Source of the DNA: Marsupella aquatica
Lineage: Eukaryota > Plantae > Marchantiophyta
Assembly: GCA_973895155.1 (NCBI GenBank)
Contig: OZ316899.1
Coordinates: forward strand, 11,471,775 to 11,535,774
Reading direction: 5' to 3'
DNA: 64,000 nucleotides
In this document: positions 22,201-35,336 of the stretch, piece after piece
Layout of the letters: the number at the start of each line of letters is the position of its first letter
Numbering within the stretch: position 1 is the first letter of the stretch
Notes under the pieces: generated by a model
Told to the model about the DNA's origin: nothing
The model's input: the letters and a program-made list of their open reading frames with translations, nothing else
The model's database searches: none
Made by a program: the position numbers and the translations under genes

Positions 22201-23247
22201 GCGATCGGTGGTGGGGTTTGGCTAGGCTGCGGCTGAGGCTGAAGCTGAAGCTGAGCCTGAGGTTGCATGGGTACGGGTACGGGTACGGGTATGGGTTCGA
22301 CTGAGTTGGTCATGTTGGTTGATGGCCGAGTTCCCATGAAGCTCTGTAGGTGTTGGTAGAAGTTCTTCGAAGCAAGTGCAGACGACCTTGTCGAACGGGT
22401 AGTGCTGGACTCACTGTTGATGATAGCCCGAACCTGAGCAGGGATGTGGTCGAAGTGATGTCGTTGCAAGTCGATCGTACCCGGGATATTGAAGACCTCG
22501 TCCGGAAGCCGAAGCAATGCTTCCCAGAAACCGATATATTTGTCTCCGTTGAAGAAGTACCCAGATACTTCTGCTGGTCGGTAAAGCTCGCTCTAAGACG
22601 GGTAGTCAAAGTTAAGGATGTAGTGGTGTCGTCCTGCTAGGCGGATGGCTCTCTCGTACTCGCGTTCGATTTCGTATCGGCGCGGGTTGGCGTGTTTTAA
22701 TGAGTCGGCCAAGTGCCTTCTGGTAGATAGGAACTGCATCCAGAATCGAATGGCCGAGCTGGAGAGGATCGTGTGCGACATTCAGAGGAGATAGTAGTGG
22801 CGACTTAGAGCGAACGAGAGAGCTGGGGTCGAAGCTGGCGCGTGGACTGATGGACTGGTGCACTACAAAGGGTTGGCTCCCCTTTTATACCTTGAGGGCT
22901 TGTCGATCCCCCGACGTCTCCTCGACGCCCATAGGCTGAACCGCTCACGCTTGTGGTGTACCGGCCACTCCGCCGGTCTGAGTCAGCGCTTGTCAATGGC
23001 CGCTTCTTAAGTACTTTATACGGACCCGAGGGAGGGGCCCCTCCACACTCGTAACCCGGGTGTGCGAATAGCGACCCGCCGCCAGTCCGAACCTGAATTC
23101 CCCCTTATTGCCTAATGATGTCCTACCCATAATGATTACCTAAATACTGTCGTTATGCTAATAATAGTGGCCTAAGACACTCCTAACGCGCGTGCTAAGC
23201 GTAGTTAGACCGAATCACTCATTAACCGCCGTACCGGTGGCGTCACA
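19239..23247 (-). mobile_element. Family D giant solo LTR (4,009 bp) carrying the whole accessory gene
   Basis: The minus strand reads TGTGACGCC...CGTGACA, with an exact TSD AAATG at 19234-19238 and 23248-23252. Its 3' half aligns with 46273-47954, which is followed by PBS and gag. Confidence 0.93.
20135..22781 (-). pseudogene. Family D LTR-encoded protein (one stop, two frameshifts)
   Basis: ORF pieces 22593-22781, 22062-22517, 21124-22122 and 20135-21199 are colinear with the 815-aa family A protein (EFVKNYDD..MIFGLPEG..GGKAYFASHIKIILEWY; PGTFLNGLLGDFSHQ; coiled coil). Confidence 0.88.
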
Positions 23248-23969
23248 AAATGTGCAAAATTGTGAATATCATTGACTTGGAAGTCTTCGAGTTGGAATTG
23301 AGGAAGAAGGACCTGGAAATTTTGTGTCATGGAAATCGACACGCCCAAGGAACCCCGCAGAGCGCACTTCAACTTCCCAATCAATATTCTCCGACGGATC
23401 TTGGGGAGTGGGATAGTGAATTGAGAAACTTTCCTGAAATGGTCTAGGGGAGAATCAAGAATCCATGGAATGTTTTGATCACCAAGACTCATCCCTTCAT
23501 CACGAGGCAAGAAAAGACGGTTTTGAATGTCCAATGTCTCCGTCATGACACTCTCATTGTCCACGATGGATGTGGATGAAAGATCCATTTCTGATTGCGC
23601 CACCAACAATAGCACATGGCACGGTGGCCTTGCGCCCCTGCCATTAGCAACGTTCGGGACTCAATGCTCCATCACTCTGGAATTAGGATGAAATGACTCA
23701 CTTTCTTCAAATGAAGCCAAACAAGGAACGGTAAAGGAAAAAAAGTGCTATAAACCCAAAACAAAAACTCTCTGTATGAACAATGTCCAAAAAGTTTTGG
23801 GGATACAGAAGTGGATCTCATTCCTTTAATAGGCGTAGTTACCGGTGGGAAGGGCCCAATGCCAATGACGAGGAAACAAATCCGACACTAGTTGCTGTGT
23901 ATAGAATCAACAATAATTCCAACGGTAACAATCCCTGACAATGGATCCAAAGACCAGCATAAGAGACAA

Positions 23970-24345
23970 TTTGGCTAACGCCAAGCGCTATCAAAGTGAA
24001 ATTGTAATTGTCATCACAGATGGACAAGAACATAAAAGACTTGGCCAAAACTTGGCGTTAACTAAATACATAAGAGCATTGTGTCTTTCAAAAAAGGGCG
24101 ACAATTAAATTATCTAAAAATTAAAGGTTAAGAATTTACAATTTGTACCACCTAACGACGGGAGCTAATGGTCATTTAACGACAGTATTTGACGCCTTGC
24201 AACGACCACTGGAGTAGTCCGCTGCCTATCAATAGAAGAGACAAAACTCCAACAGTAACAATATCCGTGACAGACACTTTTTTGGCTAACGCCCGACGCT
24301 AACAAAAACTCAGAAAAATTGGCTAACACCTGGCGCTATCCAAAA
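23970..24345 (+). repeat. Dispersed repeats of about 22 bp, TTGGCTAAC(G/A)CC..CGCTA, in an AT-rich non-LTR segment
   Basis: Copies near 23970, 24282 and 24319, plus a partial inverted copy near 24051. Confidence 0.55.
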
Positions 24346-25309
24346 TAGGTCCAAAGAATTCAAAATATTCCCACGCATACTAGGTCAAAATAATCCAATG
24401 ACCTTTTGATATAAGTCCCGAGACTTATAGAGATTCAAGATTCAATAGAACTTGAACCTCACCAATGACACAAATAAACCAAGAAGATAGTATTTATTTA
24501 TATGTGGATTCTTGAAATTGGGTTATACTAGAATTGTGGAACAAATGCGGATGTTGAAAACTATTCTAACCGGAGGACTCTGCCTCACTACTCTCGGACC
24601 TATCGGTAGATTCCGCCTCATCGTCCACAAATTCACTTCTACAAATGTCATCCACAAACTTCCTCACCAAAAACTTCCTATCACAACCTCTCCTAAGACG
24701 AAGGCCTTTCGTTTCCCAAGACAATGTTCAGCACCTCTCAACTTTTCTGGCCGCTTTCTTTGCGTATGATGGAAGAATAAATGGTTTTTCTGGTGTCATC
24801 TCCATTGCTGCAGCAATCATTTTCCGAAGGTCAAACCTTCTCCGCATATTCCACTCCGACCTGAAAGTTTTCATAGATATTAAAAGTATATAAATGTAAA
24901 AATATCTTATTGAAAACAGTCGTGGATTTGGAGCGGGCTTACGAGCATTACTAAGAAGACTCCTCATCCTCGGATTCAGATTCTGATCCCAAAGAATTTG
25001 TCTTTTCTTCCTTGTCATCTCCAAGATCGACAACAGGAACATCTTCCTCATCTGGTTCCCCAGCAACATCCGGCTTGCTTTCTTCAGAATCAAAGTCTAA
25101 AATTGATCTAACTCTGTCCAACTTCTCTTTCCCCTTCCTTGACACTGTCTTGTCCGAAGTCAAAGTTGACTTTGGCTCCAAAATGTCATCTAGCAGAGTT
25201 CTTGCAACAGCCACAAACTCTTACCACCCTTTGACCCCATAACAAATCTACCACAATAGTCTCCCGCCACAAATGAACTTCCTGAACAAGCGGTCCAGTT
25301 GATGACAAT

Positions 25310-25660
25310 ATCCACAAGTCCACCTTTGAAAACTTCTTAGCCCCGGAGAGGCAATCAAAGAGGTCATCCATATGAGATAACGGGTACTTGTTCTTTACCG
25401 TTTGCTTATTGAGGGCCCGGTAATCTGCGCACAATCTCAAAGTACCATTCTTTTTGGACACAAATAGCGCGGGCGCCCCGTAAGGACTCTTACTAGGGCG
25501 AATGAACCCTTGGTCGATCAACTCTTCCAAGGCGTTCTTCAACATAATTCGCTCATTCAGGTTCAAACGATAAGGAGCTTTAGCTTGTGGAGCCAAACTT
25601 GGCTCCAACTCAACTTGGTGATCCACTTCTCTTCGTGGGGGTAAACTTTTAGGTAGCTTC
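25310..25660 (-). pseudogene. Inverted N-terminal piece of chromovirus RT
   Basis: [38 protein letters not shown] is on the minus strand. Its continuation YYQI is on the plus strand at about 25665. Confidence 0.88.
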
Positions 25661-25661
25661 T

Positions 25662-27660
25662 GTGTATTACCAGATCCACATGGCTAAGGGAGACAAGTAT
25701 AAGACCGCAATGCGCACAAGGTTTGGATCCTATGAGTTTTTGGTTATGCCGTTCGGGTTGTGTAATGCAACCGCAACGTTCATGAAGATGATGAATACCA
25801 TCTTTCATGACTTGTTGGACCAAGGAGTGGTCGTCTTTATTGACGACATCCTAATCTACTCAAAAATGTTGGAGGAACATGAGCAGTTGCTCACAGAAGT
25901 GTTCTCTCGCCTTCGTAAGGCTCGTAAGCTAGCAAGTGCAAGTTTGCGATGAACGAGATTCAGTTCCTCGACCATACCTTTACCCGGGAATTACGCCTAG
26001 TCAGGACAAGCTTAAGGAGATCAAAGAATGGGAGCGCCCGTCCAATGTAAGGCAAGTTAGAGCCTTCTTAGGATTTACGGTGTTCTATCGGAGATACATG
26101 AAAGACTATGCAAGGATCGCGAGGCCCCTAAACGCGCTAACGTTGAAAAACAAAGTGTATGTGTGGACACAAGATTGTGAGTTAGCATTCCTAGAACTTA
26201 AGAGGTTAATGATAACGCCGCCGGTTCTAAAGTTACCTGAGATGGGGAAGCCGTTCGAGATTTGGACAGACGCAAGTGATTATGCCATTGGCGCCTGTCT
26301 TCACCAAGATGGGCATCCTGTGGCCTTCGAGTCATGTAAGTTGGAAAATCATTGGATCACACCGGAAAGGGAAATGTATGTTGTGATCTATGTGTTGAAG
26401 AAGTGGGAGATTTATCTTAAGAACGGTCCCAAAGTGGTAATCCACACAGATAGCTTGTCGGCCGGGTACTTCAGTTCTAAGCCAAGGCTAAACCCCAAGG
26501 AAATGCGCTGGCAGATGTTCTTGGCGGATTTTAATTTTGAAGTCCGCCACGGTCCAGGGAAGACAAATATGGCAGCGGACGTGTTATCGCGTAAGGACCA
26601 ACATCGTGTCAATGGGATCACGATGCTCAAATCGAAGTGGCCAAAGGTTCTGGCCGTGGCGTATGGGGATGATAGGTTAGCTAAGGAATGGCAAAGCAAT
26701 GGGGATAGCCAAGGTAAGGTAAGGCATGTATCGTTGGGGTTGGATAAGACGCATAATGTCCAGTTATGGCAATACAAGCAGAGGCGTGTGTACATACCAG
26801 AGTCTCTAAGGTTAGAGGTTCTGCAAAAGTACCACGACTCACCCTGGGGAGGGCATGGAGGACAAGCCGCTACGTATCGCAGTATGTCGCATGATGTGTA
26901 TTGGCCGGACATGAAGCAATCGGTCCTTCAACACGTGCAAAGTTGTTACTCGTGCCAAAAGAACCGAACGGTCTATAGGGCAAAAGGAGGACTACTACAA
27001 CCCTTACCAGTAGCTGCGGCTCCATGGGAGTCTATCTCCATGGACTTCATTGTTGGGTTACCTGAGTCCCGCGGCAGTAACTCCATCTTAACAATCGTGG
27101 ATTGTTTTTCCAAGATGGTGTATTTCTTGCCTACTACGAAGATGGTTTTGGCCCGAGAGGTTGTCGGTCTAGTATTTGACAATGTCTTCCAATAGTGGGG
27201 ATTGCCGTTGCATATCCTGTCCGATCGCGATACCAAGTTCACGGGCCATTTTTGGAAGGCGTTGTTCCGGTTATCCGGAACGGACCTGACCAAGGGATCA
27301 GTGTATCATCATGAGACAGATGGCCAAACGGAACGGGTTAATGGTATTGTGGAGGACTACTTGCGTCACTTTGTGACGGCCAATCAAAAGGATTGGGCAA
27401 AGCACTTAACAATGGCCAAATTTAGGTATAACTCGACCAAACATTCGGCGATGGGGTTTGCGCCATTTGTGTTGGCCACAGGGAGGATGCCAAGGCGCCC
27501 TCCTGGTTTTTAAATCCGGAAGCTTGGCGGACGGAAAGCAAGGTTCCTTCTGCGGATAAGTTTATTCGAGAGCAGCGCCTAGTTGTGGAAGCGGCTACCA
27601 AGGGTATGACCCTTGCCCAAAGTTGGTACAAGGAACAAGGGGATAAACATCGACGCCAAG
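25662..27660 (+). pseudogene. Chromovirus RT-RNaseH-integrase (degenerate)
   Basis: MPFGLCNA, FIDDIL, TDASDYAIG, HHCC finger (H..GGHGG..C..C), WESISMDFI, LSDRD and DGQTERVN. Contains stops and frameshifts. Confidence 0.92.
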
Positions 27661-30600
27661 TGTGGTGCGTCCCATGGCTCCCTAAACCCAAGAAACCCCT
27701 CTGCACAAGCCGATTCCTGCAGGTTTTGCTCTTGGCAAGGCCGATTTCGTGGCTTAGCGGCATGGGACGCTGCTAAGTTCCTTCTACTACTATTACTATT
27801 AACATTTTATTCACTTATACTGGACAGATCCTTCATCGGGTCATGAGATACGTAGCCGGCCTATTCTAGGCCTTCCCTTGTCCTCCTCTCTTAGTTTTCC
27901 TTTAGGTATGTTTGGATTCTGCCGCCGGAATGATCCCCAACTGGCTTGGGTAAGCCACTAAGACCTCTCTCAGCTCGACACATCCAACTCTTACTACCTT
28001 GCTCACTCCCTTCTTGGTTGATGTGGGCAATCTTCAAACAGGTTAATGCGACACACAAATAACAAAATGACTCCTTCTGACTGCGTTATACCATGCACTT
28101 GCCATACAAACAGTACTTCTCATATACAAGATCTGCGAACTAAGCCGTGAGGCCAACTCTATTCATCTCTTAGGTATGAGGAAACATGACTATACACAAG
28201 GGTCACAGTATAACTAACCGAGAGCTTCTTTAACTACTTGATCCCAGTCTTGCTGGTGCACTAAAAACTTGCTAAGGAAGAAGGCCCTGAACTCCCCGTT
28301 GCCCAGGTACTTATCTTGGCAATGGATCCGCCTAATTCCTTGCAGCGTAAGCCTAATCTACCTAACTGTAATCTACCTATGTACAGCGAGGCAGGAGCAC
28401 AAGTGTTGCTCTCACCAGTGGATCCGCAATCCCACTAAGCTAAGTGTTAGGGCCGCCTCTTGGTCCTGATCCTAATTCTAAACTTGGAGATCTGAGCCCG
28501 CCCTGCCCACTCACGCCTCCTCCCTCCACGTCTGCCCTCCTTAAAAGGAGCGGCCCTCCACCACCGTCATGGCAACGGTGTCTGGTCCTCAATGAACGCC
28601 CCCAACACTTCCTCCGTAGCCACTACCATAGGTCCGTCCTCTGACAAATTACCTGCTCCGGACCGAGTCAACTCTCCATCTGCCTGACTGGGTCCACCCT
28701 CGGCTTCGGCCTCAGCATTGGCCACGGCCTCTGATACGGCTACGGCCTCCCCGACATGCTCTAGTGGTGGATCCGGTACCCTGGCTTCATCACCCAGTAT
28801 CCTAGCCTCGGCTTTGCCATCCCCGCCTTCTAGGGCAGTCGGATCCTCTGCCGTGACCCTGCCTGAGGTTGGTGCTGGGTTTACCTCCTTGGTCACGACG
28901 GCTTGAGGAGCCGTATTACTCCCTGACCCAAAAGGTTTCCGCTTCTTCTTCTTCCTTGGTTTGGCAGCTGGCCCCTTCCCCTTGCCACTTACCTCCGGCA
29001 CCGGTGCAAGTGTCTCGGCTTGTCCTTCGGCCAGTACTACTCTTGGCAACTTGGTTGCCCCTATTGGAGTTGGACTTGAGGAAGCTAAGCACTTAAATAC
29101 TGCGGCCTGTTTCTTTAGTCGCTCCGTTTGGTTGTCGGCTCGCCGCTGTAAGTTCTCCATCTTCCGCGTGCTTTCCTCCAACTCCTCCTGCAATTCATCT
29201 AGGCCCTTGCGCGCCTCCTCCTGCTCCTTCTGGGCTTCCTCCAACTCTCTTTGGGCTTCCTCAAGCTTTTTTTTTAAGGTAGCCCTCTCTTCCTGGGTTG
29301 CTCTTAGCTCCTTGTCAAGCTCCGTTACGACCTCAAACTCCATTTTATTCATCTTGGCATAAGTTTGGTCAAGCTGGTCGTCTTTCTCACGGAGGTCGGC
29401 CTTGAAGCTGGCCGTCATAGAGCTCGTGTTGTAGCACAATGATTGCCTGATAGGATTTTCCTAACTCGGTTTCCTTCTGCTCAAGGGCTCCGTGGATATC
29501 CTCGAGCTTCCCCTTCAATGCCCTCTCCCTTCTCTGGGTTTCCGCCATGGCCCGGTTGTTGGCTGCTATGTGGGTCTCCTCTGCGTCCCTTAGCTCTCGC
29601 TTCCACTTCTCCCTCTCCTTGATCGCATCGGCCAACTCTCCTTGGGTACGAGTTAGTTTATCCTTGATAATCTGATTATTAGACTGCGCGGTATCCAATT
29701 GCCCCTGCATGATGTTGAGCTCATGCCGCTTAATCCGTAGCTCATCTTGGGCTTTCTTGGCCGCCTTCAGGTCTTCTACCTCGGCTTCCCTTGCCCTAAG
29801 CCGACGGATGACCTCGTCCTTCTTGCTTCTCTCCAAAGCCACCGCTTCTTCTAATCGGCGCTTCTCCAACATTTCCCTCTGAAAAAAGGGTCCCTGCTCC
29901 AACTCCTCCCCAAAGATGCTGAGCGTAAGTTCCCCACACATCTCCCCATACTCCATGGCTCATTCTTTAGCATAGGCGGAGTGAGTAGAAGTCATCGGCA
30001 TCATCCACCATGGCCTTTGTTCCCAAGCCGCCTTGCGGATTTCTTCTATCGTGGCTGGAGGGCTGCTTCATTTTTCTGCAAGCCGCCTGATGTCCTCTGG
30101 CCATTCTCCTCCTGGTAAATCTTTCTCCCTAGCCAGGGCTGCCTCTTCTTCCTCCCTGAGTCGTTCCTGAAATTCCTGTGCCGTCTATTTTATGCCGTCA
30201 AAGCTCGGGGGAGCGACATCTGGTGTGGGAGACTCAGGGCTGCTGTGTTGGGTCGGGTCCCCTCGAACTACTCTTGGAAGCATGGGGTTGAACCTGCCAC
30301 AGGTCCTTATTCCTGGAACATGATGGTCCAACCCGTAGCCAGAGTCATCATTGTCGTAGCCTTCTACCACCTCCTCCTCGGCTTGGACTACCGGCTCCCC
30401 CCCGCTGCTGTCCTGGTCTTGCCGTGAACACGGCCGCACAGATCACGGGTCCTGGTTCCTCCGGCTTCCACGGTGAACTCTTCCTTTCCCTGTCGCGACC
30501 AGGGGCTTCGGGCTGCTTTTCCTCGGCTTCGGGACTTGAAGCTCCTACATACATTCGGACTCCCGTCTCGGTTCCGGCCTCCTTCTCTCCTTGACCCCGG

Positions 30601-30772
30601 TAAAGGGGTTTTCCCTAGTAAGTTGGCTAAGGCCGACTTTGGGAGCAGTATTTTGTACCGGTCCCGTTGCCTTTGCCGTTCTCCTTTCCTTCTCCAGCAA
30701 TTTCAGCAGATTCTGCATGCCTGGTTGTTGCATCGGCAAGTCCTCCTTCCTCGGCCTAAACACCTGCTCGAT
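27661..30772 (-). repeat. Family C 3' LTR remnant (5' part deleted) containing the C-terminal half of the LTR gene
   Basis: Colinear with 40877-44003. Coiled-coil ORFs at 29387-29956 and 28567-29439. Confidence 0.92.
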
Positions 30773-33700
30773 ATTTCTGGGTATATTTCTCCAGTAATGT
30801 TGGCCAATTGCACGGAGCCATTGGAGAACTTCATGTTTACCCTGAAGGGTCCTAACCAGCGAGTGTAAAGTTTACCTGGGAACCTACTATACCTACTATC
30901 ATAAAGTAATACAAGATCTCCTGTGTGGATACTAATTGGTTTCAATCTTTTATCATACTGCTGCTTCATGGTATTCTGTCTATATTCTACTCTCTCGGCG
31001 GAAATCATTCTTGCTTCTTCTAAAGCTTCTAATCTATATTCTTGCTCCTTTAGGCTTTCCTCCTCAGAGACTCTTTCCTCAATTGTAATTTGAAATGTAG
31101 GTATCTCAAGTTGCATGGGTACCAGAGCTTCCTGCCCAAAGGTTAAGAAAAATGGTGTATGACCGGTAGTGGATTTATAGGCTAAATTGTAAGCAAAAAT
31201 AGCAGCAAACAATTTATCATCCCAATCAACTTTTTTCTGAGCTACAGTCTTGTTTAATATTTTTCCTATAATCCCATTGGCTCGTTCTGTCAACCCATTT
31301 GCCTTTGGGTGGTAAGGAGTAGTTGGTCTATGTCTAACTAAATATTGCTCATTTAAACAACTAATTATATCATTCAAAAAATGGGTTCCTCTATCACTAA
31401 CTAATTCTAGGGGTGCTCCATACCTGGTGAAGATCTGCTCATACATGAATCGAGCCGTAGTAATTGCATCATCCTTCGTCGTTGGCCTGGCCTCTACCCA
31501 CTTAGTTGCATAATCCGTGGCCAGGATTATGTACTTGTTTCTCCGAGGATGGGTCAATGGTTTCAGAGGTCCCATGAAATCAAGATCCCACTTCTCGAAT
31601 GGTGCCAGAGGTAGAATAGGGTGCAGAGGATGCCTTGTGGATGCCCTTGGTCCTCCCGCTCGTTGACAAGGATTGCATTGTTTGATAAACTGATAGACAT
31701 CTTTGTGCAAGGTGGGCCACCAGTAACCGACATTTAATATCTTTCTAGACGTGGTTACTGGAGAAAAATGTCCGCCAGCCTCCTCCCCATGCATAGCTCG
31801 TAAGACTCGTTTTACCTCTCCCTTCTCCAAACACCTTTGAATCGTGTCGCTGATTCCATACCTGTGTAGCACACCCTTAATGTACTGATACTGTCTGACC
31901 TTCCGCAGAAAGACTACGGCTTGTTCTCGGGTTAGCCCTGGCTGTAATCTGGAAGTGCTGAGAAATTGCAAAATCTCAGGGTACCATGTATCAGCTATTT
32001 CCACAACGAATAGCTCTTCGTTGGGAAATTGGTCATCAATGCAATCTGTGGCAGGTTCACCTGTGATCCTTGCAAAGAAGTCGGCATTGGCGTGTAGCTT
32101 TCCCGACTTGATTTTTAGCTCATAGTCAAATTCCTGTAATAACAAAATCCATCTTGCTACCCTGCCTGTAAGGTCCAACTTATTTACTAGGTACTTCAAA
32201 CTTTCATGATCAGTATGAAAGATTACTTTGTACCCTAGCAAATAATGCCAAAACTTTTTACATGAATAAATGACTCCTAAAGCTTCTCTTTCTATGGTGG
32301 AGTAGTTTCGTTTGGCATTGGCAAGCTGGCGGCTTGCAAATATATGGGATGGTCCCTTCCTTTCTCATCTAACTGACTTAGTACTAAGCCGATACAGAAG
32401 CCTGAGACATCTACGAAGACATGAAAATCCTTGTTCCAGTCTGGTGCTATCATGACTGGGGCCTCCACTAACTTTTGCTTTAATTCCACCATAGCTGTTA
32501 CTCTTTCTGTTGTGGGTTCAAAGTCTGCGCCTGCCTTGAGCATGTTGGTTAATGGTAAAGCTAGCTTGGGAAAATCCTTGATGAACCGGCGGTAATACCC
32601 AATGCACCCCAAGAAGGATCTCACATCCTTTATGTTCTTAGGTTGCATGATATCAAGCCATACTGCTAGCTTACCCTTGTCAATCTCAATGCCCTTCTTC
32701 GATACTTTGTGCCCTAGCAGCATACCCTCTATTACTCCAAAGAAACCTTTATCTGGGTGTAACTTGAGACCTACCTCTCTGCATCTCATGAAGGTCTTCC
32801 TTAGATATTTAGCATGTTTCGATGTTTTCCCAAATACTGCAAAGTCATCAATGAAGATTTCCATGAACTTTCTCAAGTAGTCATGGAAAATGTTCACCAT
32901 TAATCATTGGAACATAGCTGGTGCATTACAGAGTCCAAACGGCATACGATTGAAGACATAGATCGCCCATTCTGTGATGAAGGCCGTCTTGATTTGGTCC
33001 TCCTGCCTAATCCTGATTTGGTTATAACCCGAGTACCCATCCATGAATGAGTATAATTCATGACTGGCTACCATGTCTGGTACCATATCAGTAAAGGGTA
33101 AAGGAAAATGGTCCTTTAACATAGCCTCATTCAACTTCCTGTAATCCTGACAAACCCGGATCTTGGGTTTACCATCGGGTCCAGCTTTCTTGGGAACTAT
33201 CACAATTAGAGACACCCAGTCTGAATGCAGGACTGGAGTGATGAATCCGGCTTCCACTAGTTTGTCGATTTCAGTTTTGACCATCAGGGAATACTTAGGG
33301 TTCATCCTTTGAATTGGTTGTCGAAATGATTTGGCCCCTAACATGAGATCAATTCGGTGTTCTCTTAATTTTGGGTCTACTCCTTTCAGGTCTTGGTGAC
33401 TCCATGCGAACACATCCTGAAATTCAATCAGTAATTCATTGATTTCTTTCTCAAGCTCAGGTGCTAGGTCCCGTCCCAAGTTCAGTTCCCTTCCTTCTCC
33501 TAAGTCGAGCTTTCGGTATTGCCGTGCTTGGATCATATTAATCTGCTTCTTCAAGTTTGGGTCCAATTCGGCCTCTAGCCTCTCTAGTCTCATACCTCCA
33601 TAAACTGGAATCTCGGCCGTACTAGTCGAGTCGGTTTCTCCCTGGTTATCCGTAGAGTGTCCCCTTGCCGGACTATTTGGTTTTGAAATGGTGGTTGGCT

Positions 33701-34627
33701 TCCCTTCCGGCCTCGGCTCTGGCTTGTTTCTGTGTATCTCATCCATTCCTGCCTCCTAAGGGTCAGGTCGCTGTGCTCTTCCGGCTTCTAATAGGGCCTC
33801 AATTTGTTCTGCCCTCGTAATCGGCTTGTATGCCAATTCCTTAGTATTTAATTTATTGCCGATGATAGACTGCGTTGTGGATCCTGCCGGCTCTACCACA
33901 ACGCTTGAGGAAAATCCACTGGCTCGGGTGTAGCTCCCCACTTAGCCGTTTCATCCAACTGGTCCACTTTTTGTGCTTCCTCCAAAATTGAAGCTAAAAA
34001 GGTGGACTCTGTGGCAAAGCAGTCCTCGGTTTCGTCTTCACATTCCTCCAAGTCACTCTCCTTAGGTTCTTGCCATAGTCCGTTGGGGGATACTTCTGGT
34101 CCAAAGATACTTTCTTCGGTCAGGTTAGTGAGGCATTCTAGCCAACGTACCTCATCTGCTGACTCCAGTCCACAATCATACCCGTCTACCTCCCTGATGC
34201 TTCTCCTACGGTCATCCTTGGTGTCCCAAGATACCATGATAGCGGGGGTTCCACGAGTGAACTCCTTCTTCCCCCAATCTTCTATTACCTTGGCTAGATA
34301 CAGCCATGGCCTGCCAATCAATAGCCGAAATGACGTAGGGTTTACCGGCTTCATTACTACATAGTTAATGCTAAAGAAGATCCCTCCTATCTCAGTCTTG
34401 ATGCCGGTTAACACTCCCGTGGGAATGACCTGATACCCATTGGCCATGTTCAACACTCTGCCAGTCATCTTCGGCATTAGTCCCCATCCTTTTGCTGTTG
34501 AATCAATCATAATACATACCCCTGATCCTCCATCGATGGGTACCCTTAGTAATATTTCTCCTTGAATCATTAATGGTAATGCTGGGCCTCCTTGATCTTC
34601 TTCTATCATCAGCACGTCGAATCTGGT
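30773..34627 (-). pseudogene. Family C pol: protease-RT-RNaseH-integrase
   Basis: IDGGSG, DYRKLNE, MPFGLCNAP, FIDDF, VDVSGF, WILLLQEFD, HHCC finger, LVSDRGTHF and WLGPF. Several stops and frameshifts. RNase H is directly followed by integrase. Confidence 0.93.
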
Positions 34628-35280
34628 TGTCACGCGATTGACATGGGTCTTAACACCAAAAACGTCACTATGGGTGCCAAAACCATCTCCTTGTACCTGA
34701 GGATCACGAAGGGATGTTGTGAATGCCGATAAACACCAGTTTATGCCCTTAACACCAGACTATCATAGCAAGACTCTATCACACATCACCCAAGCTCAAT
34801 CCCAAGGAACCAAGGTTGGGGATCAGATCTGCGCTCATGATAGTTCTGGTGAGAAGGGGTCTTCATATCGGGCCCGTACACACAGGGCCTAGCACTACGG
34901 TGCGCAATAGGTCTATACATATGCTTACTGTCATAGGTATGTTTCTATTCTGCCGCCGGAATGTACCCATAAACCAGTGACTCCTGACTGATTCCCGGCT
35001 TAGGGACTTCTAAGCCATTGCCCCACCACTCTGCCATTCCACTCTCAACAATCAGAGCTATGACAGTCCTCACCCAGCCCGCTTCAATGCACCCGGTACA
35101 CCTCTCAGTGGCGCTGCTAGTTCCATCATACACTCAGATTGCCTCACACACACACACATCCATGAGAGAAATGAGGCCTGAGAGGAAAACTCAATTAGAT
35201 TCAAAGATGTGCACAATAGTTCACTGAGAACACTTGATCCGAATACTAGGGCCGAAGGCTGTCTCCTCCAGATTGTGACG

Positions 35281-35336
35281 TGCTTGCCCTGCAAGCCCCG
35301 TGCTTGCCCTGCAAGCCCCGTGCTTGCCATGCAAGC
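35281..35336 (+). repeat. 20-bp tandem repeat, about 2.8 copies
   Basis: TGCTTGCCCTGCAAGCCCCG twice, then a partial copy. Confidence 0.85.
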
